64,000 bases of DNA, taken from Psilocybe cubensis (taxonomy: Eukaryota). Every line of letters begins with the position of its first letter. Position 1 is the first letter of the stretch. Both the position numbers and the translations under genes were made by a program. The stretch lies in assembly GCA_017499595.2 (NCBI GenBank), contig CM039007.1, positions 1 through 64,000 on the forward strand, given 5' to 3'. Below the pieces are notes generated by a model. That model ran no database searches. It was not told the DNA's origin and saw nothing but the letters and a program-made list of their open reading frames with translations. This document shows positions 9,001 through 19,387 of the stretch, one piece after another.

Positions 9001-9630
9001 GTCATGTCTTGGTGTAAGAAGAATATACAAGAACGTTGGGAAAAGCGATTCGCTTTACGAGTCGCAGAGCACGACGAATCCATTCTTGTACTTAAAACCA
9101 GATTTGATCAGGCATGGAATTGGTTTTCAGCTGCTGAACTTGGAAAGACTGTTACCGAGTACTGGTCGGCATGGTATGAACATGCCGAGAAAGGTCTGTA
9201 TAGTGCAGACTCGTCCAGACCCCTTATCAAACCAGATCCAAATTACGTTCACGACCTCGATGATGTTCGCCCGGAGCTGTTCACACAGATCCTCGTGGAC
9301 GGAGAAACTGAGTTCGTACCGGATTTGAGGAAGATAGGACTACTCGGAAGTCGTTGGATAGTATCGCGAAAGCGCAATACTAATCTTTTCGACCTTGCAA
9401 ATGTGTGGAAGAAAACAGTCTTTCGTAAACTGGATGAAAACATCGCTGAAAAAGGTGGTGTTGTTCCCGAAACTCAAAACGTTAATGAAACTTATCATTC
9501 TGCTCTAGTTGAAGCTGCTGAACAGATAAGTATCGAAAGTGATAACGAGATAATACTTCATAGACGTTCAATCTCACAAGAGAGGGAACATCCAGAATTC
9601 GGCAGAATATCCAAATTTTACAACCGATGA
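6097..9630 (+). CDS. Penelope-like RT ORF, copy 2 (1177 aa)
   Basis: Near-identical to copy 1, with all RT motifs intact. Confidence 0.92.
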   Translation: MSSQYSAAFSRAMSPTLDALTQAVVNNTVFGVNDEAGRHNALIDELATVVIKKIAECRSVDQVIDCVFFDYRAALREFLLNLASWCDKRETVKASLERLESAVSAGNTPNRLKVKAPEFQLTKEFADAGSAEALRVSTTFSSARDAFQKAINDGAVQAKKDELAFWDDKCALNSCYEAAALIVKATYDDRKSSYKLPVFSTDNKGVRRIAEWVVSPQKKAECSALQTILPAIFSHIKQIVNMRHRALAIKIEKKRTTAATADVEMADATKPGPSIQSLIDKGLNARLKKLNLGSVGKKASFRNPSPIILDTNYYSNYPDFVWPEFVQGSSTSGQESWPFETQVVVDAFAEEASNQGFQQGRQQEEREGESSRQEQRSKGKGKGKSLDARSTVASFTSVRPAFPNSIPDDILTMTKTDAVSFVHLNTPISFLLAGQYRSSVHCSPGVSVPVDVANDLSLGLNYMFFTLPSKNLIMQAWNDFQRRIRWRIYFLFKEGMNKPFDPDYGVSSKKKEKPPMLPQFMELGLSMGRRYVIKTIASIPEEALKEMRKHAFSPKRDKIQKFLFDNNYVITMTDKNLGLAVSERDWILRNELNLLEDERNYEELEFEVAQEVMKSKMIQMQTLARTVEDEHLFLFELGLSRFFLSNVPEDGSSFKYPQFHGIPKIHKKPTGFRPIIPCHSVVFNPAAKFVSKELKPIIKSTPSIIHGTKDLFTRLSQLRIDPKRQWYFVTGDVVAFYPNIPLDLCIEIVCNMYEEWLLNASEENTALAHINPNSLENNLVKLGIFKRAIEIGNTQLITQHGSRYFRQKNGLAMGVADSPDLANLFGAHFEIKSKILDHPNVAFYGRYIDDCFAIVYAESEALALNLIKETIKFDGCVIEWAVSSSGCQFLDAFIFKESGKLHWKPFVKTGNNRERVPWVSHHPLDVKRGVYIGELSRLAVLCSTKEIYIGAIRDLNALYLMRGYPENLVMSWCKKNIQERWEKRFALRVAEHDESILVLKTRFDQAWNWFSAAELGKTVTEYWSAWYEHAEKGLYSADSSRPLIKPDPNYVHDLDDVRPELFTQILVDGETEFVPDLRKIGLLGSRWIVSRKRNTNLFDLANVWKKTVFRKLDENIAEKGGVVPETQNVNETYHSALVEAAEQISIESDNEIILHRRSISQEREHPEFGRISKFYNR

Positions 9631-10341
9631 AAAGAATACTAGCGCGTAAGGCGTAAAGCATTAGAAAAAAACCCTAACCGTAAGTATTCCTTGCTATAAA
9701 GTAACAAACATCTACTTACAAGCAACACTTTGGATTAAATAGCTAAACCTAAACCCTAAACCCTAAACCCTAAACCCTAACCTAACCCCAACCCTAAGCT
9801 AACTAAGTCTAACCTTAGTAGGAAGTAAGGTAGGCGTGTGAACTTCCGAACGGCATGTGATTGTGAAGGGCCGGATCTAATTTAGTACATGGGAAAAGTT
9901 ACTTAGTACTTCGGGAAAAGTTCCTTAGTACCGTGGAAACATTTTTGATGGACCGGATCATGAACTGTCCAATTAAGATTCACAACAATCAATCATTCTA
10001 TTGTTTGATTGTTAGGTAAGGACCCAGGTAAGCTATTTATACTCTAGACATGTGAATATTCCCATGTCGCGGTTACTCGGAGCCACGTAACCAGAGTAAT
10101 CTATATCCATGTGATTCACATCACAGTCAATAACCCACGATGTCAAAGAACAAAAGTGTTGGATCCACTTTTGACAGGTTACCATGTGCCACATCGACCC
10201 GTGACACTCTGTTCATCAGAGACCTGTCTAACTTGACAATAAACATTGACAGATTTGTGATAGTCGGTAAGATACATGACAGCTGCGCAGCATCACTTCA
10301 CGCGCTGTCATCGGATGTCTAGAACATTCCTTCTAAGAATA

Positions 10342-10404
10342 GCCACTGAAGAGTCTATAAAGACGAAAGGGCTGGTTGTTGGGATCCCCCAACAGCCCTC
10401 TGGC
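10342..10404 (+). ncRNA. Hammerhead ribozyme (variant B)
   Basis: Same sequence as 5925-5987. Confidence 0.92.
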
Positions 10405-10523
10405 CTTCTTTCTATTTCAAACTCACAGTTTAAACTAGTCGCTCGCACCTCGCTTCGCTCGGTGCTCGCTCCCCCCCTAAACCCTAAACCCTAAACCCTA
10501 AACCCTAAACCCTAAACCCTAAA

Positions 10524-10601
10524 GCCTTCTTTCTATTTCAAACTCACAGTTTAAACTAGTCGCTCGCACCTCGCTTCGCTCGGTGCTCGCTCCCCCCCTA
10601 A
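10524..10601 (+). mobile_element. ~78-nt pLTR 3'-end fragment flanked by telomeric repeats
   Basis: Starts GCCTTCTTTCT, 2 nt downstream of the predicted hammerhead cut site, and ends at CCCCCCCTAA. Confidence 0.85.
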
Positions 10602-10615
10602 CCCTAAACCCTAAA

Positions 10616-13600
10616 TCCAAAGGGAAAGGGAAAGGCAAGAGCCTAGATGCGCGGTCTAATGTAGTACCTTTTACGTCGGTGAGACCCGCCTTCCCCAACT
10701 CTATTCCTGACGATATACTCACCATGACTAAAACAGACGCAGTTTCTTTCGTACACTTACATACTCCAATATCATTCTTGTTGGCTGGCCAGTATCGTAG
10801 TAGTGTACATTGTAGTCCTGGTGTTTCTGTCCCTGTTGATGTAGCAAACGATCTCTCTCTCGGACTTAATTATATGTTTTTCACTCTGCCTTCTAAAAGT
10901 CTGATCATGCAAGCATGGAATGATTTCCAACGAAGAATAAGATGGCGTATCTATTTTTTGTTTAAGGAAGGCATGAATAAACCTTTTGATCCAGATTATG
11001 GAGTAAGCTCAAAAAAGAAAGAGAAACCTCCTGTATTACCGCAATATATGGAACTTGGCCTTTCGATGGGACGTCGGTACGTGCAACGCACGATCGCAAG
11101 TATCCCGGAAGAAGCCCTTACGGAGATGCGAAAGCACGCGTTCTCTCCTAAAAGGGACAAGATCCGTAAGTTTCTTATCGATAACAACTATGTTATTACG
11201 ATGACAGATAAGAATCTTGGCCTCGCGGTGTCTGAACGCGACTGGATATTAAGGAATGAGCTCAATCTTCTTGAAGATGAACGTAATTACGAAGAGTTAG
11301 AATTCGAAGTTGCGCAAGAAGTTATGAAGAGCAAAATGATTCAGATGCAAACGCTCGCACGTACTGTCGAAGATGAACATCTGTTTCTATTTGAACTTGG
11401 GTTGTCTCGATTCTTTCTATCGAATGTACCGGAAGACGGATCATCGTTCAAGTATCCTCAATTTCATGGTATACCTAAAATCCACAAGAAACCTACTGGA
11501 TTTAGGCCCATAATTCCGTGTCACTCTGTAGTATTTAATCCTGCAGCCAAGTTTGTATCAAAAGAGCTTAAGCCGATTATTAAATCGACTCCTTCAATCA
11601 TACACGGAACGAAGGATCTCTTTACGAGATTAAGCCAATTGCGTATAGACTCCAAAAGACAATGGTATTTTGTCACTGGAGATGTAGTTGCTTTCTATCC
11701 CAATATTCCGTTGGACTTGTGCATCGAAATCGTTTGTAGTATGTACGAGGAATGGTTACTCAACGCTTCGGAAGAAAACACTGCATTAGCCCATATTAAT
11801 CCAAATTCGTTAGAGAATAACTTGGTTAAATTGGGCATCTTTAAACGTGCTATCGAGATTGGCAATACGCAATTGATAACACAACATGGGTCTAGATATT
11901 TTAGACAAAAAAATGGCCTCGCAATGGGCGTCGCGGATTCTCCGGACCTTGCTAACCTCTTTGGAGCCCATTTTGAAATAAAGTCAAAAATCTTAGACCA
12001 CCCAAACGTGGCCTTCTATGGAAGGTACATCGACGATTGTTTCGCAATTGTTTACGCCGAGTCCGAAGCACTTGCACTTAATCTTATTAAAGAAACAATA
12101 AAGTTCGATGGTTGTGTTATCGAATGGGCTGTTTCCTCGTCGGGATGTCAATTTCTCGATGCTTTCATATTCAAGGAGTCTGGAAAACTTCATTGGAAGC
12201 CTTTTGTCAAGACAGGAAACAACCGAGAACGAGTTCCATGGGTATCACATCATCCTTTGGACGTCAAACGTGGCGTCTACATTGGAGAGTTATCCAGGTT
12301 AGCCGTGCTATGTAGTACCAAGGAAATCTACATCGGAGCAATTAGAGACCTTAACGCTCTCTATTTGATGCGCGGTTATCCCGAAAACCTAGTCATATCT
12401 TGGTGTAAGAAGAATATACAAGAACGTTGGGAAAAGCGATTCGCTTTACGAGTCGCAGAGCACGACGAATCCATTCTTGTACTTAAAACCAGATTTGATC
12501 AGGTATGGAATTGGTTTTCAGCTGCTGAACTTGGAAAAACTGTTACCGAGTACTGGTCGGCATGGTATGAACATGCCGAGAAAGGTTTGTATAGTGCAGA
12601 CTCGTCCAGACCCCTTATCAAACCAGATCCAAATTACGTTCACGACCTCGATGATGTTCGCCCGGAGCTGTTCACACAGATCCTCGTGGACGGAGAAACT
12701 GAGTTCGTACCGGATTTGAGGAAGATAGGACTACTCGGAAGTCGTTGGATAGTATCGCGAAAACGCAATACTAATCTTTTCGACCTTGCAAATGTGTGGA
12801 AGAAAACAGTCTTTCGTAAACTGGATGAAGACATCGCTGAAAAAGGTGGTGTTGTTCCCGAAACTCAAAACGTTAATGAAACTTATCATTCTGCTTTAGT
12901 TGAAGCTGCTGAGCAGATAAGTATCGAAAGTGATAACGAGATAATACTTCATAGACGTTCAATCTCACAAGAGAGGGAACATCCAGAATTTGGCAGAATA
13001 TCCAAATCTTACAACCGATGAAAAGAATACTAGCGCTTAAGGCGTAAAGCATTAGAAAAAAACCCTAACCGTAAGTATTCCTTGCTATAAAGTAACAAAC
13101 ATCTACTTACAAGCAACACATTGGATTGAATAGCTAAACCTAAACCTAAACCCTAAACCCTAAACCCTAAACCCTAACCTAACCCCAACCCTAAGCTAAC
13201 TAAGTCTAACCTTAGTAGGAAGTAAGGTAGGCGTGTGAACTTCCGAACGGCATGTGATTGTGAAGGGCCGGATCTAATTTAGTACATGGGAAAAGTTACT
13301 TAGTACTTCGGGAAAAGTTCCTTAGTACCGTGGAAACATTTTTGATGGACCGGATCATGAACTGTCCAATTAAGATTCACAACAATCAATCATTCTATTG
13401 TTTGATTGTTAGGTAAGGACCCAGGTAAGTTATTTATACTCTAGACATGTGAATATTCCCATGTCGCGGTTACTCGGAGCCACGTAACCAGAGTAATCTA
13501 TATCCATGTGATTCACATCACAGTCAATAACCCACGATGTCAAAGAACAAAAGTGTTGGATCCACTTTTGACAGGTTACCATGTGCCACATCGACCCGTG

Positions 13601-13878
13601 ACACTCTGTTCATCAGAGACCTGTCTAACTTGACAATAAACATTGACAGATTTGTGATAGTCGGTAAGATACATGACAGCTGCGCAGCATCACTTCACGC
13701 GCTGTCATCGGATGTCTAGAACATTCCTTCTAAGAATAGCCACTGAAGAGTCTATAAAGACGAAAGGGCTGGTTGTTGGGATCCCCCAACAGCCCTCTGG
13801 CTACTTTCCATTTAACTCCCAGTTTAAACTAGTCGCTCGCACCTCGCTTCGCTCGGTGCTCGCTCCCCCCCTAAACCC
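10616..13878 (+). mobile_element. Family-1 copy 3, 5'-truncated and capped by telomeric repeats; RT frame open to 13021
   Basis: CCCTAAA joins directly to TCCAAAGGGAAAGGG (ORF1/RT boundary). The 3' pLTR is complete. Confidence 0.9.
13739..13801 (+). ncRNA. Hammerhead ribozyme (variant B, stem I extended to TAGCCA/TGGCTA)
   Basis: Core and all three stems are intact. Confidence 0.92.
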
Positions 13879-13910
13879 TAAACCCTAAACCCTAAACCCT
13901 AAACCCTAAA

Positions 13911-14088
13911 CTTCACGCGCTGTCATCGGATGTCTAGAACATTCCTTCCAAGAATAGCCACTGAAGAGTCTATAAAGACGAAAGGGCTGGTTGTTGGGAT
14001 CCCCCAACAGCCCTCTGGCCTTCTTTCTATTTCAAACTCACAGTTTAAACTAGTCGCTCGCACCTCGCTTCGCTCGGTGCTCGCTCCC
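13911..14088 (+). mobile_element. ~180-nt pLTR 3' fragment including a hammerhead (13957-14019)
   Basis: Flanked by CCCTAAA tracts on both sides. Confidence 0.85.
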
Positions 14089-14139
14089 ACCCTAAACCCT
14101 AAACCCTAAACCCTAAACCCTAAACCCTAAACCCTAAAC

Positions 14140-17100
14140 CCTAAACCCTAAACCCTAAGCCCTAACCTAACCCCAACCCTAAGCTAACTAAGTCTAACCT
14201 TAGTAGGAAGTAAGGTAGGCGTGTGAACTTCCGAAAGGCATGTGATTGTGAAGGGCCGGATCTAATTTAGTACATGGGAAAAGTTACTTAGTACCTCGGG
14301 AAAAGTTCCTTAGTACCGTGGAAACATTTTTGATGGACCGGATCATGAACTGTCCAATTAAGATTCACAACAATCAATCAATTGATTGTTAGGTAAGGAC
14401 CCAGGTAAGCTATTTATACTCTTGACATGAGAATATTCCCATGTCACGGTTACTCGGAGCCACGTAACCAGAGTATTTTATATCCATGTGATTCACATCA
14501 CAGTCAATAACCCACGATGTCAAAGAACAAAAGTGTTGGATCCACTTTTGACAGGTTACCATGTGCCACATCGACCCGTGACACTCTGTTCATCAGAGAT
14601 CTGTCTAACTTGACAATAAACATTGACAGATTTGTGATAGTCGGTAAGATACATGACAGCTGCGCAGCATCACTTCACGCGCTGTCATCGGATGTTCCAG
14701 AACATTCCTTCTAAGAATAGCCACTGAAGAGTCTATAAAGACGAAAGGGCTGGCTGCTGATAACAATCAACAGCCCTCTGGCTACTTTCCATTTAACTCA
14801 CAGTTTAAATTAGTCGCTCGCACCTCGCTTCGCTCGGTGCTCGCTCCCCCCCTAAACCCAACGACTTTGCTATTATCCATCAGCCACTATGTCATCCCAA
14901 TACTCTGCTGCTTTCTCTCGTGCCATGTCCCCCACCCTGGACGCACTCACCCAGGCCGTCGTCAACAACACCGTCTTCGGCGTCAACGATGAAGCAGGCC
15001 GCCATAACGCTCTGATCGACGAGCTGGCCACTGTGGTCATCAAAAAAATAGCTGAGTGCCGCTCCGTTGACCAAGTCATAGACTGCGTCTTTTTTGACTA
15101 TCGTGCTGCCCTTAGGGAGTTTCTCCTCAACCTCGCATCGTGGTGCGATAAGAGGGAAACAGTCAAGGCTAGCCTCGAGCGCCTTGAATCTGCCGTTAGC
15201 GCAGGCAACACACCCAATCGCCTTAAGGTGAAGGCACCCGAGTTCCAACTTACGAAGGAATTCGCGGATGCCGGGTCAGCGGAGGCTCTTCGAGTCTCCA
15301 CTACGTTCTCTACCGCTCGTGACGCCTTCCAAAAGGCAATTAACGACGGCGCCGTTCAGGCGAAAAAGGACGAGCTGGCTTTTTGGGATGATAAATGCGC
15401 GCTCAACTCTTGCTACGAAGCTGCTGCCCTCATCGTTAAGGCAACTTACGATGATCGCAAATCCAGCTACAAGCTCCCTGTTTTCTCTACAGACAACAAG
15501 GGAGTTCGACGTATAGCAGAGTGGGTAGTGTCTCCGCAAAAGAAAGCCGAATGCAGTGCGCTGCAAACTATACTGCCGGCGATCTTTTCTCATATCAAAC
15601 AGATTGTCAACATGCGCCACCGCGCCTTGGCAATTAAGATTGAGAAAAAGCGGATGACTGCGGCAACAGCCGATGTCGAGATGGCCGACGCGACCAAACC
15701 AGGTCCGTCGATTCAATCCCTTATTGATAAGGGCTTGAATGCACGTCTCAAGAAGCTCAACCTTGGATCTGTGGGCAAGAAGGCAAGTTTTCGTAACCCT
15801 TCACCCATAATTCTGGATACTAATTATTACTCTAATTACCCAGACTTTGTCTGGCCAGAATTCGTCCAAGGCTCCTCAACCTCAGGCCAGGAAAGCTGGC
15901 CCTTCGAAACCCAAGTCGTCGTCGACGCCTTCGCAACGCAAGCCTCAAACCAAGGCTTCCAACAAGGTCGACAACAAGAAGAAAGGGAAGGGGAGAGCTC
16001 CCGTCAAGAACAACGATCCAAAGGGAAAGGGAAAGGCAAGAGCCTAGACGCGCGGTCTACTGTAGCATCATTTACGTCGGTGAGACCCGCTTTCCCCAAC
16101 TCTATTCCTGACGATATACTCACCATGACTAAAACAGACGCAGTTTCTTTCGTACACTTACATACTCCAATATCATTCTTGTTGGCTGGCCAGTATCGTA
16201 GTAGTGTACATTGTAGTCCTGGTGTTTCTGTCCCTGTTGATGTAGCAAACGATCTCTCTCTCGGACTTAATTATATGTTTTTCACTCTGCCTTCTAAAAG
16301 TCTGATCATGCAAGCATGGAATGATTTTCAACGAAGAATAAGATGGCGTATCTATTTTTTGTTTAAGGAAGGCATGAATAAACCTTTTGATCCAGATTAT
16401 GGAGTAAGCTCAAAAAAGAAAGAGAAACTCCCAGTATTACCGCAATACATGGAACTTGGCCTTTCGATGGGACGTCGGTACGTGCAACGCACGATCGCAA
16501 GTATCCCGGAAGAAGCCCTTACGGAGATGCGAAAGCACGCGTTCTCTCCTAAAAGGGACAAGATCCGTAAGTTTCTTATCGATAACAACTATGTTATTAC
16601 GATGACAGATAAGAATCTTGGCCTCGCGGTGTCTGAACGCGACTGGATATTAAGGAATGAGCTCAATCTTCTTGAAGATGAACGTAACTACGAAGAGTTA
16701 GAATTCGAAGTTGCGCAAGAAGTGATGAAGAGCAAAATGATACAGATGCAAACGCTCGCACGTACTGTCGAAGATGAACATCTGTTTCTATTTGAACTTG
16801 GGTTGTCTCGATTCTTTCTATCGAATGTACCGGAAGACGGATCATCGTTCAAGTATCCTCAATTTCATGGTATACCTAAAATCCACAAGAAACCTACTGG
16901 ATTTAGGCCCATAATTCCGTGTCACTCTGTAGTATTTAATCCTGCAGCCAAGTTTGTATCAAAAGAGCTTAAGCCGATTATTAAATCGACTCCTTCAATC
17001 ATACACGGAACGAAGGATCTCTTTACGAGATTAAGCCAATTGCGTATAGACTCCAAAAGACAATGGTATTTTGTCACTGGAGATGTAGTTGCTTTCTATC

Positions 17101-19272
17101 CCAATATTCCGTTGGACTTGTGCATCGAAATCGTTTGTAGTATGTACGAGGAATGGTTACTCAACGCTTCGGAAGAAAACACTGCATTAGCCCATATTAA
17201 TCCAAATTCGTTAGAGAATAACTTGGTTAAATTGGGCATCTTTAAACGTGCTATCGAGATTGGCAATACGCAATTGATAACACAACATGGGTCTAGATAT
17301 TTTAGACAAAAAAATGGCCTCGCAATGGGCGTCGCGGATTCTCCGGACCTTGCTAACCTCTTTGGAGCCCATTTTGAAATAAAGTCAAAAATCTTAGACC
17401 ACCCAAACGTGGCCTTCTATGGAAGGTACATCGACGATTGTTTCGCAATTGTTTACGCCGAGTCCGAAGCACTTGCACTTAATCTTATTAAAGAAACAAT
17501 AATGTTCGATGGTTGTGTTATCGAATGGGCTGTTTCCTCGTCGGGATGTCAATTTCTCGATGCTTTCATATTCAAGGAGTCTGGAAAACTTCATTGGAAG
17601 CCATTTGTCAAGACAGGAAACAACCGAGAACGAATTCCATGGGTATCACATCATCCTTTGGACGTCAAACGTGGCGTCTACATTGGAGAGTTATCCAGGT
17701 TAGCCGTGCTATGTAGTACCAAGGAAATCTACATTGGAGCAATTAGAGACCTTAACGCTCTCTATTTGATGCGCGGTTATCCCGAAAACCTAGTCATGTC
17801 TTGGTGTAAGAAGAATATACAAGAACGTTGGGAAAAGCGATTTGCTTTACGAGTCGCAGAGCACGACGAATCCATTCTTGTACTTAAAACCAGGTTTGAT
17901 CAGGTATGGAATTGGTTTTCAGCTGCTGAACTTGGAAAGACTATTACCGAGTACTGGTCGGCATGGTATGAACATGCCGAGAAAGGTCTGTATAGTGCAG
18001 ACTCGTCCAGACCCCTTATCAAACCAGATCCAAATTACGTTCACGACCTCGATGATGTTCGCCCGGAGCTGTTCACACAGATCCTCGTGGACGGAGAAAC
18101 TGAGTTCGTACCGGATTTGAGGAAGATAGGACTACTCGGAAGTCGTTGGATAGTATCGCGAAAGCGCAATACTAATCTTTTCGACCTTGCAAATGTGTGG
18201 AAGAAAACAGTCTTTCGTAAACTGGATGAAGACATCGCTGAAAAAGGTGGTGTTGTTCCCGAAACTCAAAACGTTAATGAAACTTATCATTCTGCTTTAG
18301 TTGAAGCTGCTGAACAGATAAGTATCGAAAGTGATAACGAGATAATACTTCATAGACGTTCAATCTCACAAGAGAGGGAACATCCAGAATTCGGCAGAAT
18401 ATCCAAATCTTACAACCGATGAAAAGAATACTAGCGCGTAAGGCGTAAAGCATTAGAAAAAAACCCTAACCGTAAGTATTCCTTGCTACAAAGTAACAAA
18501 CATCTACTTACAAGCAACACATTGGATTAAATAGCTAAACCTAAACCTAAACCCTAAACCCTAAACCCTAAGCCCTAACCTAACCCCAACCCTAAGCTAA
18601 CTAAGTCTAACCTTAGTAGGAAGTAAGGTAGGCGTGTGAACTTCCGAAAGGCATGTGATTGTGAAGGGCCGGATCTAATTTAGTACATGGGAAAAGTTAC
18701 TTAGTACCTCGGGAAAAGTTCCTTAGTACCGTGGAAACATTTTTGATGGACCGGATCATGAACTGTCCAATTAAGATTCACAACAATCAATCAATTGATT
18801 GTTAGGTAAGGACCCAGGTAAGCTATTTATACTCTTGACATGAGAATATTCCCATGTCACGGTTACTCGGAGCCACGTAACCAGAGTATTTTATATCCAT
18901 GTGATTCACATCACAGTCAATAACCCACGATGTCAAAGAACAAAAGTGTTGGATCCACTTTTGACAGGTTACCATGTGCCACATCGACCCGTGACACTCT
19001 GTTCATCAGAGATCTGTCTAACTTGACAATAAACATTGACAGATTTGTGATAGTCGGTAAGATACATGACAGCTGCGCAGCATCACTTCACGCGCTGTCA
19101 TCGGATGTTCCAGAACATTCCTTCTAAGAATAGCCACTGAAGAGTCTATAAAGACGAAAGGGCTGGCTGCTGATAACAATCAACAGCCCTCTGGCTACTT
19201 TCCATTTAACTCACAGTTTAAATTAGTCGCTCGCACCTCGCTTCGCTCGGTGCTCGCTCCCCCCCTAAACCC
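14140..19272 (+). mobile_element. Family-1 copy 4 (5' edge blurred in telomeric repeats); hammerheads at 14720-14782 and 19133-19195
   Basis: 4413-bp period. Both pLTRs share the diagnostic TGGCTAC...AAATTAGTC tail. Confidence 0.9.
14889..18422 (+). CDS. Penelope-like RT ORF, copy 4 (1177 aa)
   Basis: RT motifs are intact. Confidence 0.92.
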   Translation: MSSQYSAAFSRAMSPTLDALTQAVVNNTVFGVNDEAGRHNALIDELATVVIKKIAECRSVDQVIDCVFFDYRAALREFLLNLASWCDKRETVKASLERLESAVSAGNTPNRLKVKAPEFQLTKEFADAGSAEALRVSTTFSTARDAFQKAINDGAVQAKKDELAFWDDKCALNSCYEAAALIVKATYDDRKSSYKLPVFSTDNKGVRRIAEWVVSPQKKAECSALQTILPAIFSHIKQIVNMRHRALAIKIEKKRMTAATADVEMADATKPGPSIQSLIDKGLNARLKKLNLGSVGKKASFRNPSPIILDTNYYSNYPDFVWPEFVQGSSTSGQESWPFETQVVVDAFATQASNQGFQQGRQQEEREGESSRQEQRSKGKGKGKSLDARSTVASFTSVRPAFPNSIPDDILTMTKTDAVSFVHLHTPISFLLAGQYRSSVHCSPGVSVPVDVANDLSLGLNYMFFTLPSKSLIMQAWNDFQRRIRWRIYFLFKEGMNKPFDPDYGVSSKKKEKLPVLPQYMELGLSMGRRYVQRTIASIPEEALTEMRKHAFSPKRDKIRKFLIDNNYVITMTDKNLGLAVSERDWILRNELNLLEDERNYEELEFEVAQEVMKSKMIQMQTLARTVEDEHLFLFELGLSRFFLSNVPEDGSSFKYPQFHGIPKIHKKPTGFRPIIPCHSVVFNPAAKFVSKELKPIIKSTPSIIHGTKDLFTRLSQLRIDSKRQWYFVTGDVVAFYPNIPLDLCIEIVCSMYEEWLLNASEENTALAHINPNSLENNLVKLGIFKRAIEIGNTQLITQHGSRYFRQKNGLAMGVADSPDLANLFGAHFEIKSKILDHPNVAFYGRYIDDCFAIVYAESEALALNLIKETIMFDGCVIEWAVSSSGCQFLDAFIFKESGKLHWKPFVKTGNNRERIPWVSHHPLDVKRGVYIGELSRLAVLCSTKEIYIGAIRDLNALYLMRGYPENLVMSWCKKNIQERWEKRFALRVAEHDESILVLKTRFDQVWNWFSAAELGKTITEYWSAWYEHAEKGLYSADSSRPLIKPDPNYVHDLDDVRPELFTQILVDGETEFVPDLRKIGLLGSRWIVSRKRNTNLFDLANVWKKTVFRKLDEDIAEKGGVVPETQNVNETYHSALVEAAEQISIESDNEIILHRRSISQEREHPEFGRISKSYNR

Positions 19273-19287
19273 TAACCCTAAAACCCT

Positions 19288-19369
19288 TGGCCTTCTTTCC
19301 ATTTAACTCACAGTTTAAACAAGTCGCTCGCACCTCGCTTCGCTCGGTGCTCGCTCCCCCCCTAAACCC
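19288..19369 (+). mobile_element. 82-nt pLTR fragment beginning exactly at the hammerhead cleavage site
   Basis: AAACCCT|TGGCCTTCTTTCC...CCCCCCCTAAACCC matches 821-902. Confidence 0.88.
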
Positions 19370-19387
19370 TAAACCCTAAACCCTAAG

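Larger units (their letters stand above)
5315..10484 (+). mobile_element. Family-1 copy 2 (pLTR variant B at both ends)
   Basis: 4417-bp period between the two pLTRs, with an intact ORF. Confidence 0.9.
150..19386 (+). mobile_element. Telomeric tandem array of endonuclease-deficient Penelope-like (Coprina-type) retroelements, family 1
   Basis: Repeated ~4.4 kb units, all with their 5' end toward the telomere and joined by CCCTAAA tracts. The ORF has PLE-type RT motifs and no GIY-YIG domain. Confidence 0.93.

Noticed and set aside
10583-10615. Apparent start of the 812-aa ORF
   Set aside because: The first codons are pLTR and telomere sequence fused by truncation, not a native start.
150-19386. 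CRISPR-like or LTR-retrotransposon interpretation of the array
   Set aside because: The context is eukaryotic and telomeric, the RT is PLE-type, and there is no integrase, TG..CA ends or TSDs.
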